From the NCBI GenBank assembly GCA_964495425.1, contig CAZBVG010000002.1:78570-142569 (forward strand): a stretch of 64,000 nt of DNA. The letters run 5' to 3'. This DNA is from an uncultured Candidatus Saccharibacteria bacterium (GTDB taxonomy: Bacteria; Patescibacteriota; Minisyncoccia; Phycocordibacterales; UBA6065). Of this stretch, positions 1 through 10,146 are shown piece by piece; the first letter of the stretch is position 1; each line of letters starts with the position of its first letter. The position numbers were made by a program, and so were the translations under genes. The notes below the pieces were generated by a model. The model had not been told where the DNA came from, did no database searches, and worked only from the letters and a program-made list of their open reading frames with translations.

Positions 1-1529
1 ATTGCAACTCTTTGACGTTGGCCGCCTGAGAGTTGTAACCCGTTTTCGCCAATCAGGGTATCAAAACCCTTTGGCCTGAGTCGTGAGTAAAACTCATCAA
101 TTCTGGACATGGCAGCAAGACTTTCCAGTTCCTCCTGTGTTACCGTATCACCTTTACCGTTAAGTCCGTAGAGGATATTGTAACGAAGAGTGTTGTCCCA
201 CAGTTTCGGCTCTTGATCCACCAAACCAATCATTTCACGCCACCTATCTAGATCTAAATCACGGAGGTTATGACCATCAATCAGAATTTCTCCTTGATCT
301 GGGTCATAGCCCCGTTGCAATAGGTTGATGAGTGTTGACTTACCCGATCCCGAAGGCCCAACCAATGCAACCGTCTCTCCGCGATAAATCTGTAGGTTTA
401 TATTCTGGAGGGCGGTTTGGGTGTCTTCCTTTTTGTCTGATGACTCGTCTTCCTCGGTATCATCACCATTCAATTTGAATTCAGGATATTTAAATGAAAT
501 ATTTCTAAATTCAATTGAATTTCTGAATGAATCAAGCTTAACTGCCCCTGATTTCACTTTAACTGCTGGAGGTAAATCCAACAAATCAAAATATCTGCCC
601 ATGAGGATGAAGTTTCTTACGAGTCGTCTCTGGGTGTTACCAATACTTCCAAGCGCACTGTAACCTAATGCAACCAGACCCATGATAATAATTAGATCCG
701 ATTTACTCAGATCGTTATTCATTACATGAAGCGCTGCAAGCATGAGTATGAATACATGCCCTAAGGCGATAAACGGTTCACGAGTAAAGGTTAGCCTTGT
801 TACATAACCCGACCATATGTCCTTGTGATCGTCACCGTATTCGTTGTACTGGTCTCTGAATTCAGTAACCGCTCGTCTTTCCTGCGCACTTGAGATGACA
901 AGCCTTATGTGTTTGATCATTTCCCAGTAGGAGGTATTGACCTTATTTTCTTTCTTCTTATTAATCTTGATTCGAGGCAATAATTTATTATTGATTCGAA
1001 TACTAGACCAAACATAGAAGCCAATACTTACAAGTGCACAATACCCAATACTGAAATCAATCAAGAATAATGCAATAAGTGTGATAATTATTCTTGCGAC
1101 GGTTGGAATGAAGTCGAGGAAAAATGTGCCAATAAGCTCTCCTATAGCGGACTCACCTTTTTGTAGTGTTTCCTGTTTATATCCGGAGTTCTGATTGATA
1201 ACCTGCCCAATTGAGAATTTAGAAATTCTCTTGATTGTGAGCTGGGAAATATGACACTCTAGATCCGTGACTATCTTCTCAATGTGAATTTTAATGAGTT
1301 GCCAGTCAAACAGTTTTCCACCAAGTATCGCGAGGAGAAGAGCAAAAAGGCTTTGATAAAGATTTGTTAGATCTCCATCATCAACGCTTTTAACAAATTT
1401 TCCTGTGTAATAGGCAAAAATCACTCCCATTGATTGGGTGATTGTAACGAGGAGCGAAATGACCAGGAATGGCCCAAGGAATGGCCGATATATTTCCTTT
1501 ATCTGAGCCATTCGTTTCGATTTAATCAT
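1..1529 (-). CDS. ABC transporter, fused permease/ATP-binding protein (exporter type); 3' end runs off window
   Basis: My minus-strand translation from ATG at 1529 gives an N-terminal multi-TM domain followed by Walker A GPSGSGKST, LSGGQRQRVA signature. No stop before position 1. Confidence 0.85.
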   Translation of the reverse strand, partial: MIKSKRMAQIKEIYRPFLGPFLVISLLVTITQSMGVIFAYYTGKFVKSVDDGDLTNLYQSLFALLLAILGGKLFDWQLIKIHIEKIVTDLECHISQLTIKRISKFSIGQVINQNSGYKQETLQKGESAIGELIGTFFLDFIPTVARIIITLIALFLIDFSIGYCALVSIGFYVWSSIRINNKLLPRIKINKKKENKVNTSYWEMIKHIRLVISSAQERRAVTEFRDQYNEYGDDHKDIWSGYVTRLTFTREPFIALGHVFILMLAALHVMNNDLSKSDLIIIMGLVALGYSALGSIGNTQRRLVRNFILMGRYFDLLDLPPAVKVKSGAVKLDSFRNSIEFRNISFKYPEFKLNGDDTEEDESSDKKEDTQTALQNINLQIYRGETVALVGPSGSGKSTLINLLQRGYDPDQGEILIDGHNLRDLDLDRWREMIGLVDQEPKLWDNTLRYNILYGLNGKGDTVTQEELESLAAMSRIDEFYSRLRPKGFDTLIGENGLQLSGGQRQRVA

Positions 1530-1589
1530 AACTTTCCTTTGTGTTGAGGTTGAATTGTGAAAGAACTCTAAAAGTTTCCCTTTAGTCAG

Positions 1590-1603
1590 CATTCAGCTGA
1601 ATG
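1590..1603. promoter_or_regulatory. Perfect 14-bp palindrome CATTCAGCTGAATG ~65 bp upstream of the ABC exporter start; candidate operator
   Basis: Read directly from the sequence. No regulator identified. Confidence 0.25.
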
Positions 1604-1606
1604 TAA

Positions 1607-1634
1607 AACATCGTGCTTGTTAGCACGATGTTTT
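1607..1634 (-). terminator. Rho-independent terminator (11-bp perfect stem AACATCGTGCT/AGCACGATGTT, loop TGTT) downstream of dnaJ; bidirectional appearance
   Basis: Hairpin flanked by an A-run on plus (T-run on minus) and a T-run on plus. Confidence 0.5.
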
Positions 1635-1821
1635 AAATACTCGATTGGAGATCAAGTGCTTATGACATCGGGCTAAACGCCGCGTATTTGGTATGCGAAA
1701 AAACACAAAGCGACACATCCGCCCATACAGGTGCGGTTGAGTAGATATTTCGTTTGTTGATATGTGTTTTCATTGCTAAAACACCGTAGCACAAGTATGT
1801 GCGAAGCGCAAGTATAAACAA

Positions 1822-2922
1822 TTAGATACCTTCCTTCTTTAGAATTTCAATAGCCTTTTTCGCTTCTTTTGATAGGCGTCGGGGCATCACCACATTTATT
1901 TTTACGAGAATGTCTCCTCTATGTGATTTTGACGCAGGAACACCCTTCCCTTTGACTCTTAAGATCTCGCCGTGGTTAATTCCTTCAGGTATTTTGAGCA
2001 CTATGTCACCATCAAGGGTTTTAAGTACGGTTTCGGTGCCAATAAGGGCATCTGAAAGCTTTACATCAAGCTCCATGATGAGATTGTCTCCCTCCTTAAC
2101 CCAGATCGGGTGTTCTTTGACATGAATTTTTATGTAGAGGTCACCTGACTGTCCGCCGGAAACAGCTTCACCGGCACCAGAAAGGCGCACCATTTCACCA
2201 TCATTGATTCCAGCAGGAATCTTTACTTTGAGCTCCTGATTTCTGCGATGTATACCTGAGCCCTTACATACAGGGCATTTTTCTTCAGGCTCTTTTCCTG
2301 TGCCGTGACAGGTCTCGCAGGTGCGGGTCGCTTGGAACGAACCAATGATCGATCTTTTAATTTCCGTGACCTTACCTTTTCCATTACAGGTATGGCATGT
2401 TCGAAGTTTCGAACCCTTCTTTGCGCCATTGCCACCACACTCTTCACAGGCAGATGTTTTGTTTATAACAATAAGTTTTTCAACACCGAATACTGATTCT
2501 TCAAACGAAATTTGAAGATCAACAGAAATATCTGATCCACGTTTTGTTCGCTGTCGTCCGCCTCCGCCAAAAATATCGCCAAATATGCTACCGAGATCGA
2601 ACTCTACTCCACCATTACCAAATCCTCCCTGGAATCCAGAAAAATCAAAACCAAAGTCATTTGGATTAAATCCCCCCTGTCCTCCAAAGCCACCCATGTT
2701 TGGTCCTGCAGAGCCAAACTGATCATATTGAGCGCGTTTTTTCTCGTCGCCCAAAACAGAGTAGGCCTCGTTTGCCTCTTTAAACTTTGCATCGTTTCCA
2801 CCCTGCTTATCTGGGTGGTGTTCATGCGCAAGCTTTCGAAACGCCTTTTTTATCTCGTCTTGAGACGCGTTTTTATCGATACCGAGGATTTTGTAATAGT
2901 CTTTTGACATTGTTGATGGCAC
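1822..2922 (-). CDS. dnaJ: Molecular chaperone DnaJ
   Basis: J-domain (KDYYKILGIDKNASQDEIKKAFRKLAHEHHPD), Gly/Phe-rich linker, four CxxCxGxG zinc-finger repeats, C-terminal domain. Confidence 0.95.
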   Translation of the reverse strand: MPSTMSKDYYKILGIDKNASQDEIKKAFRKLAHEHHPDKQGGNDAKFKEANEAYSVLGDEKKRAQYDQFGSAGPNMGGFGGQGGFNPNDFGFDFSGFQGGFGNGGVEFDLGSIFGDIFGGGGRQRTKRGSDISVDLQISFEESVFGVEKLIVINKTSACEECGGNGAKKGSKLRTCHTCNGKGKVTEIKRSIIGSFQATRTCETCHGTGKEPEEKCPVCKGSGIHRRNQELKVKIPAGINDGEMVRLSGAGEAVSGGQSGDLYIKIHVKEHPIWVKEGDNLIMELDVKLSDALIGTETVLKTLDGDIVLKIPEGINHGEILRVKGKGVPASKSHRGDILVKINVVMPRRLSKEAKKAIEILKKEGI

Positions 2923-3000
2923 TAATAGTCATGGTAAGCCTGTCCGCACATTTCAACTTAGTAATGTAAGTTATTCTGACTAACATGTTACTTCTCTCCA

Positions 3001-3055
3001 AGCAGACACCATTCTCCCCACGATTCATAAGATCATGGAGAGTAGGTCGTCTGCT
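3001..3055 (-). promoter_or_regulatory. Inverted repeat AGCAGAC...GTCTGCT in the dnaK-dnaJ intergenic region; possible attenuator or structured element
   Basis: 7-bp arms around a ~35-nt loop with internal partial complementarity. Confidence 0.25.
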
Positions 3056-3115
3056 TTTCTTTATCCCCACTGGGATACGCACATCTTTAAGGTACTAGTC
3101 GGATTCCCGCAACCA

Positions 3116-3129
3116 ACGGCGCGCGCCGT
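3116..3129 (-). promoter_or_regulatory. GC-only perfect palindrome ACGGCGCGCGCCGT 6 nt downstream of the dnaK stop; candidate attenuator/hairpin between dnaK and dnaJ
   Basis: 14-nt perfect palindrome in an AT-rich context. Not a CIRCE element. Confidence 0.3.
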
Positions 3130-3134
3130 ATCCA

Positions 3135-5030
3135 TTATTTCTTTTCAGTGTATTCTGCATCCTTCACATTTCCGTCTGCGCCATCTTTCTTTTCAGTTTG
3201 CGCGCCGCCGGTCTGTCCAGCTTGCTGCTGATTTTTCATCATCGCCTCACCGATCTTCTGCATAGATGCTGAAAGAGCTTCAGTCGCCTTTTTGATTGCT
3301 TCAACATCATTGCCATCCTTCACTTTTTTAAGATCAGCAACTTTTGCTTCAACATCCGATTTAATATCAGAAGTGATCTTATCGCCAGCATCCTTAACTG
3401 ACTTTTCTGCTGTATAAATCATTTGCTCTGCAACATTTTTTGCTTCTGCCTCAGCCTTTTTCTTTTCGTCTTCAGCAGCGTTTACTTCAGCATCTTTTTT
3501 CATGCGCTCAATATCTTCTTTTGAAAGACCTGATGAGCCTTGAATCTTGATTGACTGTTCCTTGCCCGTAGACTTTTCTTTCGCTTTTACGTTGAGGATT
3601 CCGTTTGCATCAATGTCAAAGGTAACTTCAACCTGTGGAACGCCGCGAGGTGCTGGTGGAATACCATCGAGAATAAATCGTCCAAGCGATTTGTTATCTC
3701 GGGCCATTGCTCGATCACCTTGAACCACATGAATTTCTACTGATGTTTGGTTATCTGCTGCAGTTGAGAAAATCTGTGATTTTGACGCAGGAATAGTGGT
3801 GTTCTTTTCAATAAGTTTTGTTGCCACGTTACCCATTGTCTCGATACCGAATGAGAGCGGAATAACATCGAGAAGAAGCACGTCTTTGACATCACCCTTG
3901 AGCACTCCACCCTGGATAGCCGCACCAATAGCAACTACTTCATCAGGATTTACGCCCATGTGAGGCTTCTTCTTAAAGTAGTCCTCTACAGCCTTCTGCA
4001 TTGCAGGCATTCGTGTCTGACCTCCCACGAGAATCACTTCATTGATATCAGCGATCTTGAATGGAGATGCTTCCATTGCTCGTTTGGTGATTTCCATCGC
4101 ACGAGTGATGAATTCAGAGGTAAGTTCTTCGAGCTTTGCTCGTGTCATTTTCTTCACGAGATGGAGTGGACCATCTGATCCGACAGAAATAAATGGAATA
4201 TTGATTTCTGTTTCAACTGCCGTTGAAAGTTCAATTTTTGCTTTTTCTGCTGCATCATCAAGTCGCTGCTTTGCGAGCGCATCCTTACGGAGATCTATGC
4301 CATTTTCCTTCTGGAAATCGTCTGCAAGCCAGTTAATGATTTTCTGATCGATATCCTTACCTCCCAAATGCGCGTCACCATCGGTTGATCGAACTTCAAC
4401 TACACCTTCACCAACTTCAAGCACGGAAATATCGAATGTACCTCCACCGAAGTCAAAGACAACGATCTTTTCATCCTTCTGCTTGTTAAAGCCGTATGCA
4501 AGCGCTGCGGCAGTCGGTTCGTTGATAATTCGCTTTACATCGAGCCCTGCGATCTTACCAGCATCCTTTGTTGCCTGTCTCTGTGAATCGTTAAAGTATG
4601 CGGGTACAGTAATAACCGCTTCGGTAACTGGTTCACCGAGTCGAGCTTCTGCGTCTGCCTTAAGCTTGGCAAGAATCATTGCAGAAATTTCCTCTGGGCG
4701 ATACCACTTATCACCCATTTTTACTTCTACACCTCCGTTATCAGACTTTCGGGTTTTAAACGGAACTGCTTTCGCATCTTTCTGAACAGATGTTTCATCG
4801 AAGTTGTGTCCAATGAATCGCTTGATCTGGAAGATCGTATTTTTTGGATTTGTAACTGACTGACGCTTGGCAATAACGCCAACTACGCGTTCCTTGGTCT
4901 TTGTTTCTGCAACAATAGACGGAGTTGTGCGCATACCCTCAGCGTTTTCGAGGATCTTTGCTTCGCCGACCTCCATGACGGCTACAGCTGAGTTTGTGGT
5001 ACCGAGATCGATACCAATAATTTTAGACAT
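3135..5030 (-). CDS. dnaK: Molecular chaperone DnaK (Hsp70)
   Basis: [22 protein letters not shown], Hsp70 signature motifs across 631 aa. Confidence 0.97.
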   Translation of the reverse strand: MSKIIGIDLGTTNSAVAVMEVGEAKILENAEGMRTTPSIVAETKTKERVVGVIAKRQSVTNPKNTIFQIKRFIGHNFDETSVQKDAKAVPFKTRKSDNGGVEVKMGDKWYRPEEISAMILAKLKADAEARLGEPVTEAVITVPAYFNDSQRQATKDAGKIAGLDVKRIINEPTAAALAYGFNKQKDEKIVVFDFGGGTFDISVLEVGEGVVEVRSTDGDAHLGGKDIDQKIINWLADDFQKENGIDLRKDALAKQRLDDAAEKAKIELSTAVETEINIPFISVGSDGPLHLVKKMTRAKLEELTSEFITRAMEITKRAMEASPFKIADINEVILVGGQTRMPAMQKAVEDYFKKKPHMGVNPDEVVAIGAAIQGGVLKGDVKDVLLLDVIPLSFGIETMGNVATKLIEKNTTIPASKSQIFSTAADNQTSVEIHVVQGDRAMARDNKSLGRFILDGIPPAPRGVPQVEVTFDIDANGILNVKAKEKSTGKEQSIKIQGSSGLSKEDIERMKKDAEVNAAEDEKKKAEAEAKNVAEQMIYTAEKSVKDAGDKITSDIKSDVEAKVADLKKVKDGNDVEAIKKATEALSASMQKIGEAMMKNQQQAGQTGGAQTEKKDGADGNVKDAEYTEKK

Positions 5031-5068
5031 GTGTAAATAACGTTAAATAAATCGAATAATTAGACGAT

Positions 5069-5371
5069 TTATCGAACGCTTGGAGCGCGAGCTAGTTGAT
5101 TTACAAGGAAATCAAGCGAGAAATAGTGAGAGATTTTCTCGAACGGAGAAACGATAGGAGCACAGGCAATACAGACTTTTCGAGCACCTTCAAGAAGGAG
5201 CGGTTTCGCCTCAGATTCTGCCTGTGGGACTTCGATAGGTTTGGTACCGAGGAAACGGACGTCGAGAACGCCGTTTATGTCCATAACGGCAAAATATGCA
5301 CACACGAGTTCACCAGAAGCCAGGGTGACTTCCTTTGTGACGATATGAACCTGTGGTTTGGTAATTAGCAT
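5069..5371 (-). CDS. Hypothetical protein (100 aa) between grpE and dnaK
   Basis: Operon-oriented ORF. No confident homology (weak SpoVG-like resemblance at best). Confidence 0.35.
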   Translation of the reverse strand: MLITKPQVHIVTKEVTLASGELVCAYFAVMDINGVLDVRFLGTKPIEVPQAESEAKPLLLEGARKVCIACAPIVSPFEKISHYFSLDFLVNQLARAPSVR

Positions 5372-5428
5372 GATCTTGTCGTAATTATATACCTTCGCCT
5401 ACACGGCGAGTCAAGTATAGTACGTCGC

Positions 5429-5962
5429 CTATTGAGCAGTTTGTTCCCCTACGATAACCTTTGCTGGTTTGATAAGTTTGGTGCCGAGTGTATACCCCTT
5501 TTCAATTACCTTTACCACTTTGTTGCCCTTAGTTGGATCCTCAACTTTTTCAAATGAAAGAGCTTCGTGGGTGTTTGGGTCAAAGTCCTTATCGAGAGGA
5601 TTAAGTTCCTTGAGGCCGTTTTGGTCAAGAATTGCTTTAAGTTGGTTATAAATATATTCGATACCCGCTCGCCAGTTTTTGTCTGCTTTCTCCCACGCCT
5701 CCTTGTTCGCAAAGGCCATTTCAAAGCTCTGTAGGACCGGTAAAAGCTCTTCTACGAGGCCTTCTGTGGCCATGGTGCGGTATTCCTTCATAGATTCGTC
5801 CATGCGCTTCTTGGCATTGGCAAAATCAGCCTTAGCACGCTGCCAGCCGGCAAGGTATTCATCGCGCTCAGACGTGAGCTTTTCAACCTCCTTTCGGAGA
5901 TTTTCAACTTCTACGGTGCTTATAGTCTCAGGTGTCTTGTTTTCTTTCTCGTTTTTTTCCAT
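5429..5962 (-). CDS. grpE: Nucleotide exchange factor GrpE
   Basis: Coiled-coil N-terminus, GrpE-like core (DEYLAGWQRAKADFANAKKRMDE...EELLPVLQSFEMA). Confidence 0.9.
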   Translation of the reverse strand: MEKNEKENKTPETISTVEVENLRKEVEKLTSERDEYLAGWQRAKADFANAKKRMDESMKEYRTMATEGLVEELLPVLQSFEMAFANKEAWEKADKNWRAGIEYIYNQLKAILDQNGLKELNPLDKDFDPNTHEALSFEKVEDPTKGNKVVKVIEKGYTLGTKLIKPAKVIVGEQTAQ

Positions 5963-6039
5963 GTTTTTCTATACTAACATTTTTACCAAATTCATGAGGT
6001 TGACGGCAAGTTCTTTGTATTTTAAAGTCTCACAAGATT

Positions 6040-6303
6040 ATGAACTCATCTGACACAACGTTTGAAGCGATCATTCATTACTTTGGACCCAACCTCTCCC
6101 CTGATCTCCTTAAAGAGCGGGTCAAGCTGAGAGCTGGTACCGAAGAAATGGCTGAAAATGAAATCAAGGAGTTGGTACAAGGAAAGCGTCGAGACCTCCG
6201 TCGCAGTGGATTAAACAAGGACATCGATCGTGTGGAGGTAATACGGGTATCCCGCGTTTCAATTTTCAAGCTTCTTCCGAGCGGTTCGCTCCGTCTCGTG
6301 TAG
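6040..6303 (+). CDS. Hypothetical small protein (87 aa)
   Basis: Plus-strand ORF with a TTGACG-17-TAAAGT-like upstream element, followed immediately by a terminator hairpin. Confidence 0.35.
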   Translation: MNSSDTTFEAIIHYFGPNLSPDLLKERVKLRAGTEEMAENEIKELVQGKRRDLRRSGLNKDIDRVEVIRVSRVSIFKLLPSGSLRLV

Positions 6304-6311
6304 AAAGCGAA

Positions 6312-6337
6312 AGCACCCATACTCGGGTGCTTTTTTC
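6312..6337. terminator. Bidirectional rho-independent terminator (AGCACCC-loop-GGGTGCT + T-run) shared by the plus ORF and rpsI
   Basis: Stem-loop with flanking A-run and T-run. Confidence 0.55.
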
Positions 6338-6339
6338 TT

Positions 6340-6750
6340 TTATCGCTTTGACCACTGTGGAGACTTTCGAGCTTTCTTGAGACCGAACTTTCGTCGTTCC
6401 TTTGCTCGTGGATCTCGCTTGAGGAAGCCGAGTTTTTTTAATTTCTTTCGAAGTTCAATATCGTATTCGAGAAGAGATCGTGAGATAGCATGTCGGAGTG
6501 CTTCTGCTTGTGAATGAATACCACCACCAGAGAGCTGAGCGCTCACCTTAAACTTCTGAGCGATCTTTGACTCAGCAAATGCTGCTTCCGCGATCATAAC
6601 AAGCTCAGGAGTTGCAAAATATGCAGTATGCTCCTTATCATTTACGATAATTGATTGCTTTGTTGCAGGAGTAATTCGTGCGCGAGCAACAGCGGTCTTT
6701 CGTCGACCTACTGCCTCAAAATATTTTGTTTTTGTATCTGCTGTTGTCAT
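6340..6750 (-). CDS. rpsI: 30S ribosomal protein S9
   Basis: C-terminal ...RKKLKKLGFLKRDPRAKERRKFGLKKARKSPQWSKR typical of S9. Confidence 0.95.
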   Translation of the reverse strand: MTTADTKTKYFEAVGRRKTAVARARITPATKQSIIVNDKEHTAYFATPELVMIAEAAFAESKIAQKFKVSAQLSGGGIHSQAEALRHAISRSLLEYDIELRKKLKKLGFLKRDPRAKERRKFGLKKARKSPQWSKR

Positions 6751-6755
6751 GTAAA

Positions 6756-7106
6756 TTATTCGGTTACTACCAAGTTCTTGAGCATCTGAGCCTGGAGCTT
6801 GTTCTTTGGGAGCATGCCCTTGATAGCAATTCGGAATGCCTCGCTCACGCCCTTCTTCTCAATCATGCGCTTGAGTGATGTATCAATAAGACCACCTGGG
6901 TAGCCAGTGTATCGTCTGTAGATTTTCTCGTCCTTTTTCTTTTCGGTGATGTCAGCCTTGCCAGCGTTAATGATGCGAACTTCAACATCTGCTACAACGT
7001 TAGGAGCATAAGCAGTTGAGTTCTTGCCCATGAGAATTTTAGCGGCCTCAGTTGAGACTCGTCCGATTTTCTTTGCCTGTGCGTCGATGGTGTGAATCTT
7101 TTTCAT
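6756..7106 (-). CDS. rplM: 50S ribosomal protein L13
   Basis: L13-like sequence directly upstream of rpsI (conserved rplM-rpsI pair). Confidence 0.93.
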   Translation of the reverse strand: MKKIHTIDAQAKKIGRVSTEAAKILMGKNSTAYAPNVVADVEVRIINAGKADITEKKKDEKIYRRYTGYPGGLIDTSLKRMIEKKGVSEAFRIAIKGMLPKNKLQAQMLKNLVVTE

Positions 7107-7110
7107 GGGT

Positions 7111-7464
7111 TTACTTTACAAACTGGATATGTGCCATCTTTGCTCCGTCTGATTTTCGGAGAGGAAGTTTAACAACACGTGTATAACCACCAGTTCGTGT
7201 TTTAAATGTTGGCGCGATGACGTCAACAAGCTTCTTTGCAGCTTTAACATCGCCAATTTCAGAAATAATATTTCGTCGAGCAGCGAGTGTATTGAGGCGA
7301 GCCTTAGTTACCATAGGTTCGATGAACTTTCGGAGTTCTTTTGCCTTAGCTTCAGTTGTAGTGATACCTTCATGGATCACGAGAGAACGCAAAAGTGACT
7401 TAATGAGCGCTTGTCGCTGCCCTTTTTCGCGTCCGAGTACTCTAAATTTTTCGTGATGTCGCAT
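7111..7464 (-). CDS. rplQ: 50S ribosomal protein L17
   Basis: L17 family sequence (…GYTRVVKLPLRKSDGAKMAHIQFV) downstream of rpoA. Confidence 0.93.
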   Translation of the reverse strand: MRHHEKFRVLGREKGQRQALIKSLLRSLVIHEGITTTEAKAKELRKFIEPMVTKARLNTLAARRNIISEIGDVKAAKKLVDVIAPTFKTRTGGYTRVVKLPLRKSDGAKMAHIQFVK

Positions 7465-7519
7465 GGGTGTGTTGGAGACCTAGATTAACCGTTTTGAGTG
7501 ATTTTGTCTAGTTTTAAAC

Positions 7520-8482
7520 TTATTTAAGGGTTATACCGAACTCTGAAAGCGCCTTTCGGATTTCCTGGATACCTTTTGGTCCAAGTCCTTCAACGTTTTC
7601 AATATCAATTTCCTTCTTTCGAACAAGACCGCCCACTGTTCGAATATTTGCATTAGCGAGAGCGTTTGATGTTCGCTGAGAAAGACCAAGAGTCTCGATT
7701 CGAGTCTTGAGGAACTCAGTATCAAGTTCCTTCTTCTCGCCTGCAGGTTCTGTAGCCTTTTCCTCAGATTTTGTAACTACTGGCTCTTCCTCCTTAAAGC
7801 CAACGATAGCCTTAAGCTGGTTGATCATAGTTGCAATAGACTTTTCGAGAGCTTCATGAGGAGTCATGGTGCCATCAGTTTCGATGGTGATCTTCAATCG
7901 GTTGAAATCAGTTCGATCTCCAACTCGCATGTTCTCAACTTCATAATTTACCTTTCGGATAGGTGTGAATGTTGCATCGAGAGCGATCGTACCAATGTCT
8001 ACGCGTTCCTTCTGGAGAACATCCTTTGAGACGTAGCCGAGACCTCGAGCTACAGTCATTTCGATATCAAGCTCCGTGTTCTTATCTGTGATAGATGCAA
8101 TATGGAGATCAGGATTGAGAATTTCAACCTGGCCAGGAACCTTAATATCTGATGCCTGTACATCTTTTACACCCTTGATCTTGAAAGAAAGAGTCTGTGA
8201 CTCTTCAGTAAGCATCTTGATTCGAAGTCGCTTGAGGTTGAGGATAAGAGTAATAACATCTTCCTTAACCCCTGCAATAGTTGAAAATTCGTGGCTTACA
8301 CCAGCGATTTTTACATGGGTAACTGCAGCACCTGGAAGTGATGAGAGGATGATTCGTCGAAGACTGTTTCCAAGTGTGTGTCCGTAACCTGGGTAAAGGC
8401 CGTCGATTTCGTATACGCCCAAGAAATCCTTTTCAAGGACTACTTTTGGCTTTGATGGGAGCACTACGTTTTGGTCTGTCAT
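7520..8482 (-). CDS. rpoA: DNA-directed RNA polymerase subunit alpha
   Basis: N-terminal dimerisation domain and C-terminal domain, in the rpsM-rpsK-rpsD-rpoA-rplQ order. Confidence 0.95.
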   Translation of the reverse strand: MTDQNVVLPSKPKVVLEKDFLGVYEIDGLYPGYGHTLGNSLRRIILSSLPGAAVTHVKIAGVSHEFSTIAGVKEDVITLILNLKRLRIKMLTEESQTLSFKIKGVKDVQASDIKVPGQVEILNPDLHIASITDKNTELDIEMTVARGLGYVSKDVLQKERVDIGTIALDATFTPIRKVNYEVENMRVGDRTDFNRLKITIETDGTMTPHEALEKSIATMINQLKAIVGFKEEEPVVTKSEEKATEPAGEKKELDTEFLKTRIETLGLSQRTSNALANANIRTVGGLVRKKEIDIENVEGLGPKGIQEIRKALSEFGITLK

Positions 8483-8531
8483 ATATTTTTTATTAAACTC
8501 GTTATTATTATCCTCTTAAATACTTCACGAA

Positions 8532-9137
8532 TTATCGGCTGTAGAACTCAATCACCTGGCCAAGATTAAACAAGTGTTCTGATGGTGTGTACTTCGGACT
8601 ACCTTCAACAGTCGCAACTTTCTTATCAGCATCATAGGAGAGCCATGATGGAAACTGAGTTTTCTTGAGTTTTTCATCGAGATCCTTAAAGAGAGTGCTC
8701 TTTTGGCTTGCGATTCGAATAGAAACCTTGTCACCCATCGAAAGATTGTATGAAGGAACGTTGGTTCGCTTTCCGTTTACAAGAATGTGACCATGAGCAG
8801 TCATCTGTCGAGCCGCCTGACGAGTTGAAGCGAGACCGAGTCGATACACAACGTTATCAAGTCGTGTTTCAAGTCGTTCAAAGAGTGCTTGGACCGTATT
8901 TACACCCTTCTTTGCCACTGATTCCTTAACGTACTTCTTGAACTGTCGCTCACCTACTCCGTATGAGAAGCGCACCTTCTGCTTTTCGAGCATAGCGGTA
9001 GCAAAATCACCCTTTGGGCGATATGGTCCCTTGCCGCCCTTTCGCTCCTGGCGAAGTGCGAACTTCTGGGTCTGCGTCTTCTCGAAGATGTTTGCTCCGA
9101 GTCGTCGCGCTATCTTATATTTTGGTCCAATTATCAT
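8532..9137 (-). CDS. rpsD: 30S ribosomal protein S4
   Basis: S4 N-terminus (KYKIARRLG), S4 RNA-binding domain. Confidence 0.95.
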   Translation of the reverse strand: MIIGPKYKIARRLGANIFEKTQTQKFALRQERKGGKGPYRPKGDFATAMLEKQKVRFSYGVGERQFKKYVKESVAKKGVNTVQALFERLETRLDNVVYRLGLASTRQAARQMTAHGHILVNGKRTNVPSYNLSMGDKVSIRIASQKSTLFKDLDEKLKKTQFPSWLSYDADKKVATVEGSPKYTPSEHLFNLGQVIEFYSR

Positions 9138-9154
9138 AAATGATTATTAAAATG

Positions 9155-9586
9155 TTATACTCGTCGCGGCTTTTTTGGGCGAGGTCCATTAAATGGCACC
9201 GGAGTTACATCCTTGATACCAGAGATGCTGATACCCTTTGTAATGAAGCTTCGAACTGCTGATTCTCGGCCTGATCCTACGCCCTTAATAATTGCCTGAA
9301 CCTCCTTTACTCCCATGAGCTTTGCCTTATCAGCAAGAACTTCACCAACTTTTGCTGCTGCGAAGGGAGTACCCTTTTTTGCACCCTTGAAACCAAGTGC
9401 GCCCGCTGAAGATGCTGCGAGAGCATTACCTTTTGCGTCAGTAAGAAGGCACATAGTGTTGTTATATGTAGACTGAACAAAGAGGATGCCTGCATCCACT
9501 TTCTTCTTAGGTGCCTTTGCAACTGGAGCTGTCTCCTTTTTTGCATCAACCTTCTTTTCTTCTGCTTTTACTTTTTTCTCGGCCAT
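9155..9586 (-). CDS. rpsK: 30S ribosomal protein S11
   Basis: S11 core (…GALGFKGAKKGTPFAAAKVGE…IKGVGSGRESAVR…) with N-terminal Lys/Ala-rich extension. Confidence 0.93.
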   Translation of the reverse strand: MAEKKVKAEEKKVDAKKETAPVAKAPKKKVDAGILFVQSTYNNTMCLLTDAKGNALAASSAGALGFKGAKKGTPFAAAKVGEVLADKAKLMGVKEVQAIIKGVGSGRESAVRSFITKGISISGIKDVTPVPFNGPRPKKPRRV

Positions 9587-9615
9587 ATGTATTGTGGTAA
9601 TTGTGTGATTATGGA

Positions 9616-9996
9616 TTACTTCTTCTCAGCTACTTTTCGTCCAGTACCCATAGTCTTTCGAGTGTTACCTCGTCGAGTTCGTGAGTTGGTTTTTGTTCGC
9701 TGTCCGTTTACAGGAAGGCTTCGCTGATGGCGAATTCCTCGGTACGCCTTGATATCCTTGAGGCGCTTAATGTTAGAAGCAACTTCTCGCTTGAGGTCAC
9801 CTTCAAATTTGAAAGTTTCCATTGCTTTCTTGATAGCATTTTCTTCGTCTGCAGTTATTTCTTTTGCCTTCTTATTGAACGCTACTTTAGCTTCAGTAAG
9901 GATAGACTGTGCGCGTGAGCGTCCAACACCATAGAGACTCGTGAGGGCGATCTCAATGTGTTTTTCATCAGGAAGAGTTATACCAAGAATTCGCAT
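9616..9996 (-). CDS. rpsM: 30S ribosomal protein S13
   Basis: MRILGITLPDEKHIEIALTSLYGVGRSRAQ… S13 signature. Confidence 0.95.
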   Translation of the reverse strand: MRILGITLPDEKHIEIALTSLYGVGRSRAQSILTEAKVAFNKKAKEITADEENAIKKAMETFKFEGDLKREVASNIKRLKDIKAYRGIRHQRSLPVNGQRTKTNSRTRRGNTRKTMGTGRKVAEKK

Positions 9997-10060
9997 TGTG
10001 TTAAGTAAGTAAGTGGCTTAAAAAATTGGCTTAAAATTTGGACTAAATCGGTCTGCTCAC

Positions 10061-10089
10061 AAAAAAAGAATCTCTAAAGAGATGGATTC
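10061..10089 (-). terminator. Hairpin GAATCTCT-AA-AGAGATgGATTC followed by T7 on minus; terminator/attenuator between rpmJ and rpsM
   Basis: 11-bp stem with one bulge, A7 on plus immediately upstream. Confidence 0.4.
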
Positions 10090-10146
10090 CTATCCTAGCA
10101 TGGAATAAATCACTTGTAAACAGCTTTCATACGGATGCTCAAAAGT

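Noticed and set aside
421-663. 80-aa plus-strand ORF
   Set aside because: It lies entirely inside the minus-strand ABC exporter gene (antisense), has low-complexity Ser-rich translation and no signals.
1910-4785. Multiple 60-130-aa ORFs on the plus strand and alternative minus frames within dnaJ and dnaK
   Set aside because: They are antisense or out-of-frame shadows of highly conserved chaperone genes.
5096-5368. 90-aa plus-strand ORF overlapping the minus 100-aa ORF
   Set aside because: The minus-strand ORF is co-oriented with the grpE-dnaK-dnaJ operon. The plus ORF has no signals and an unnatural composition.
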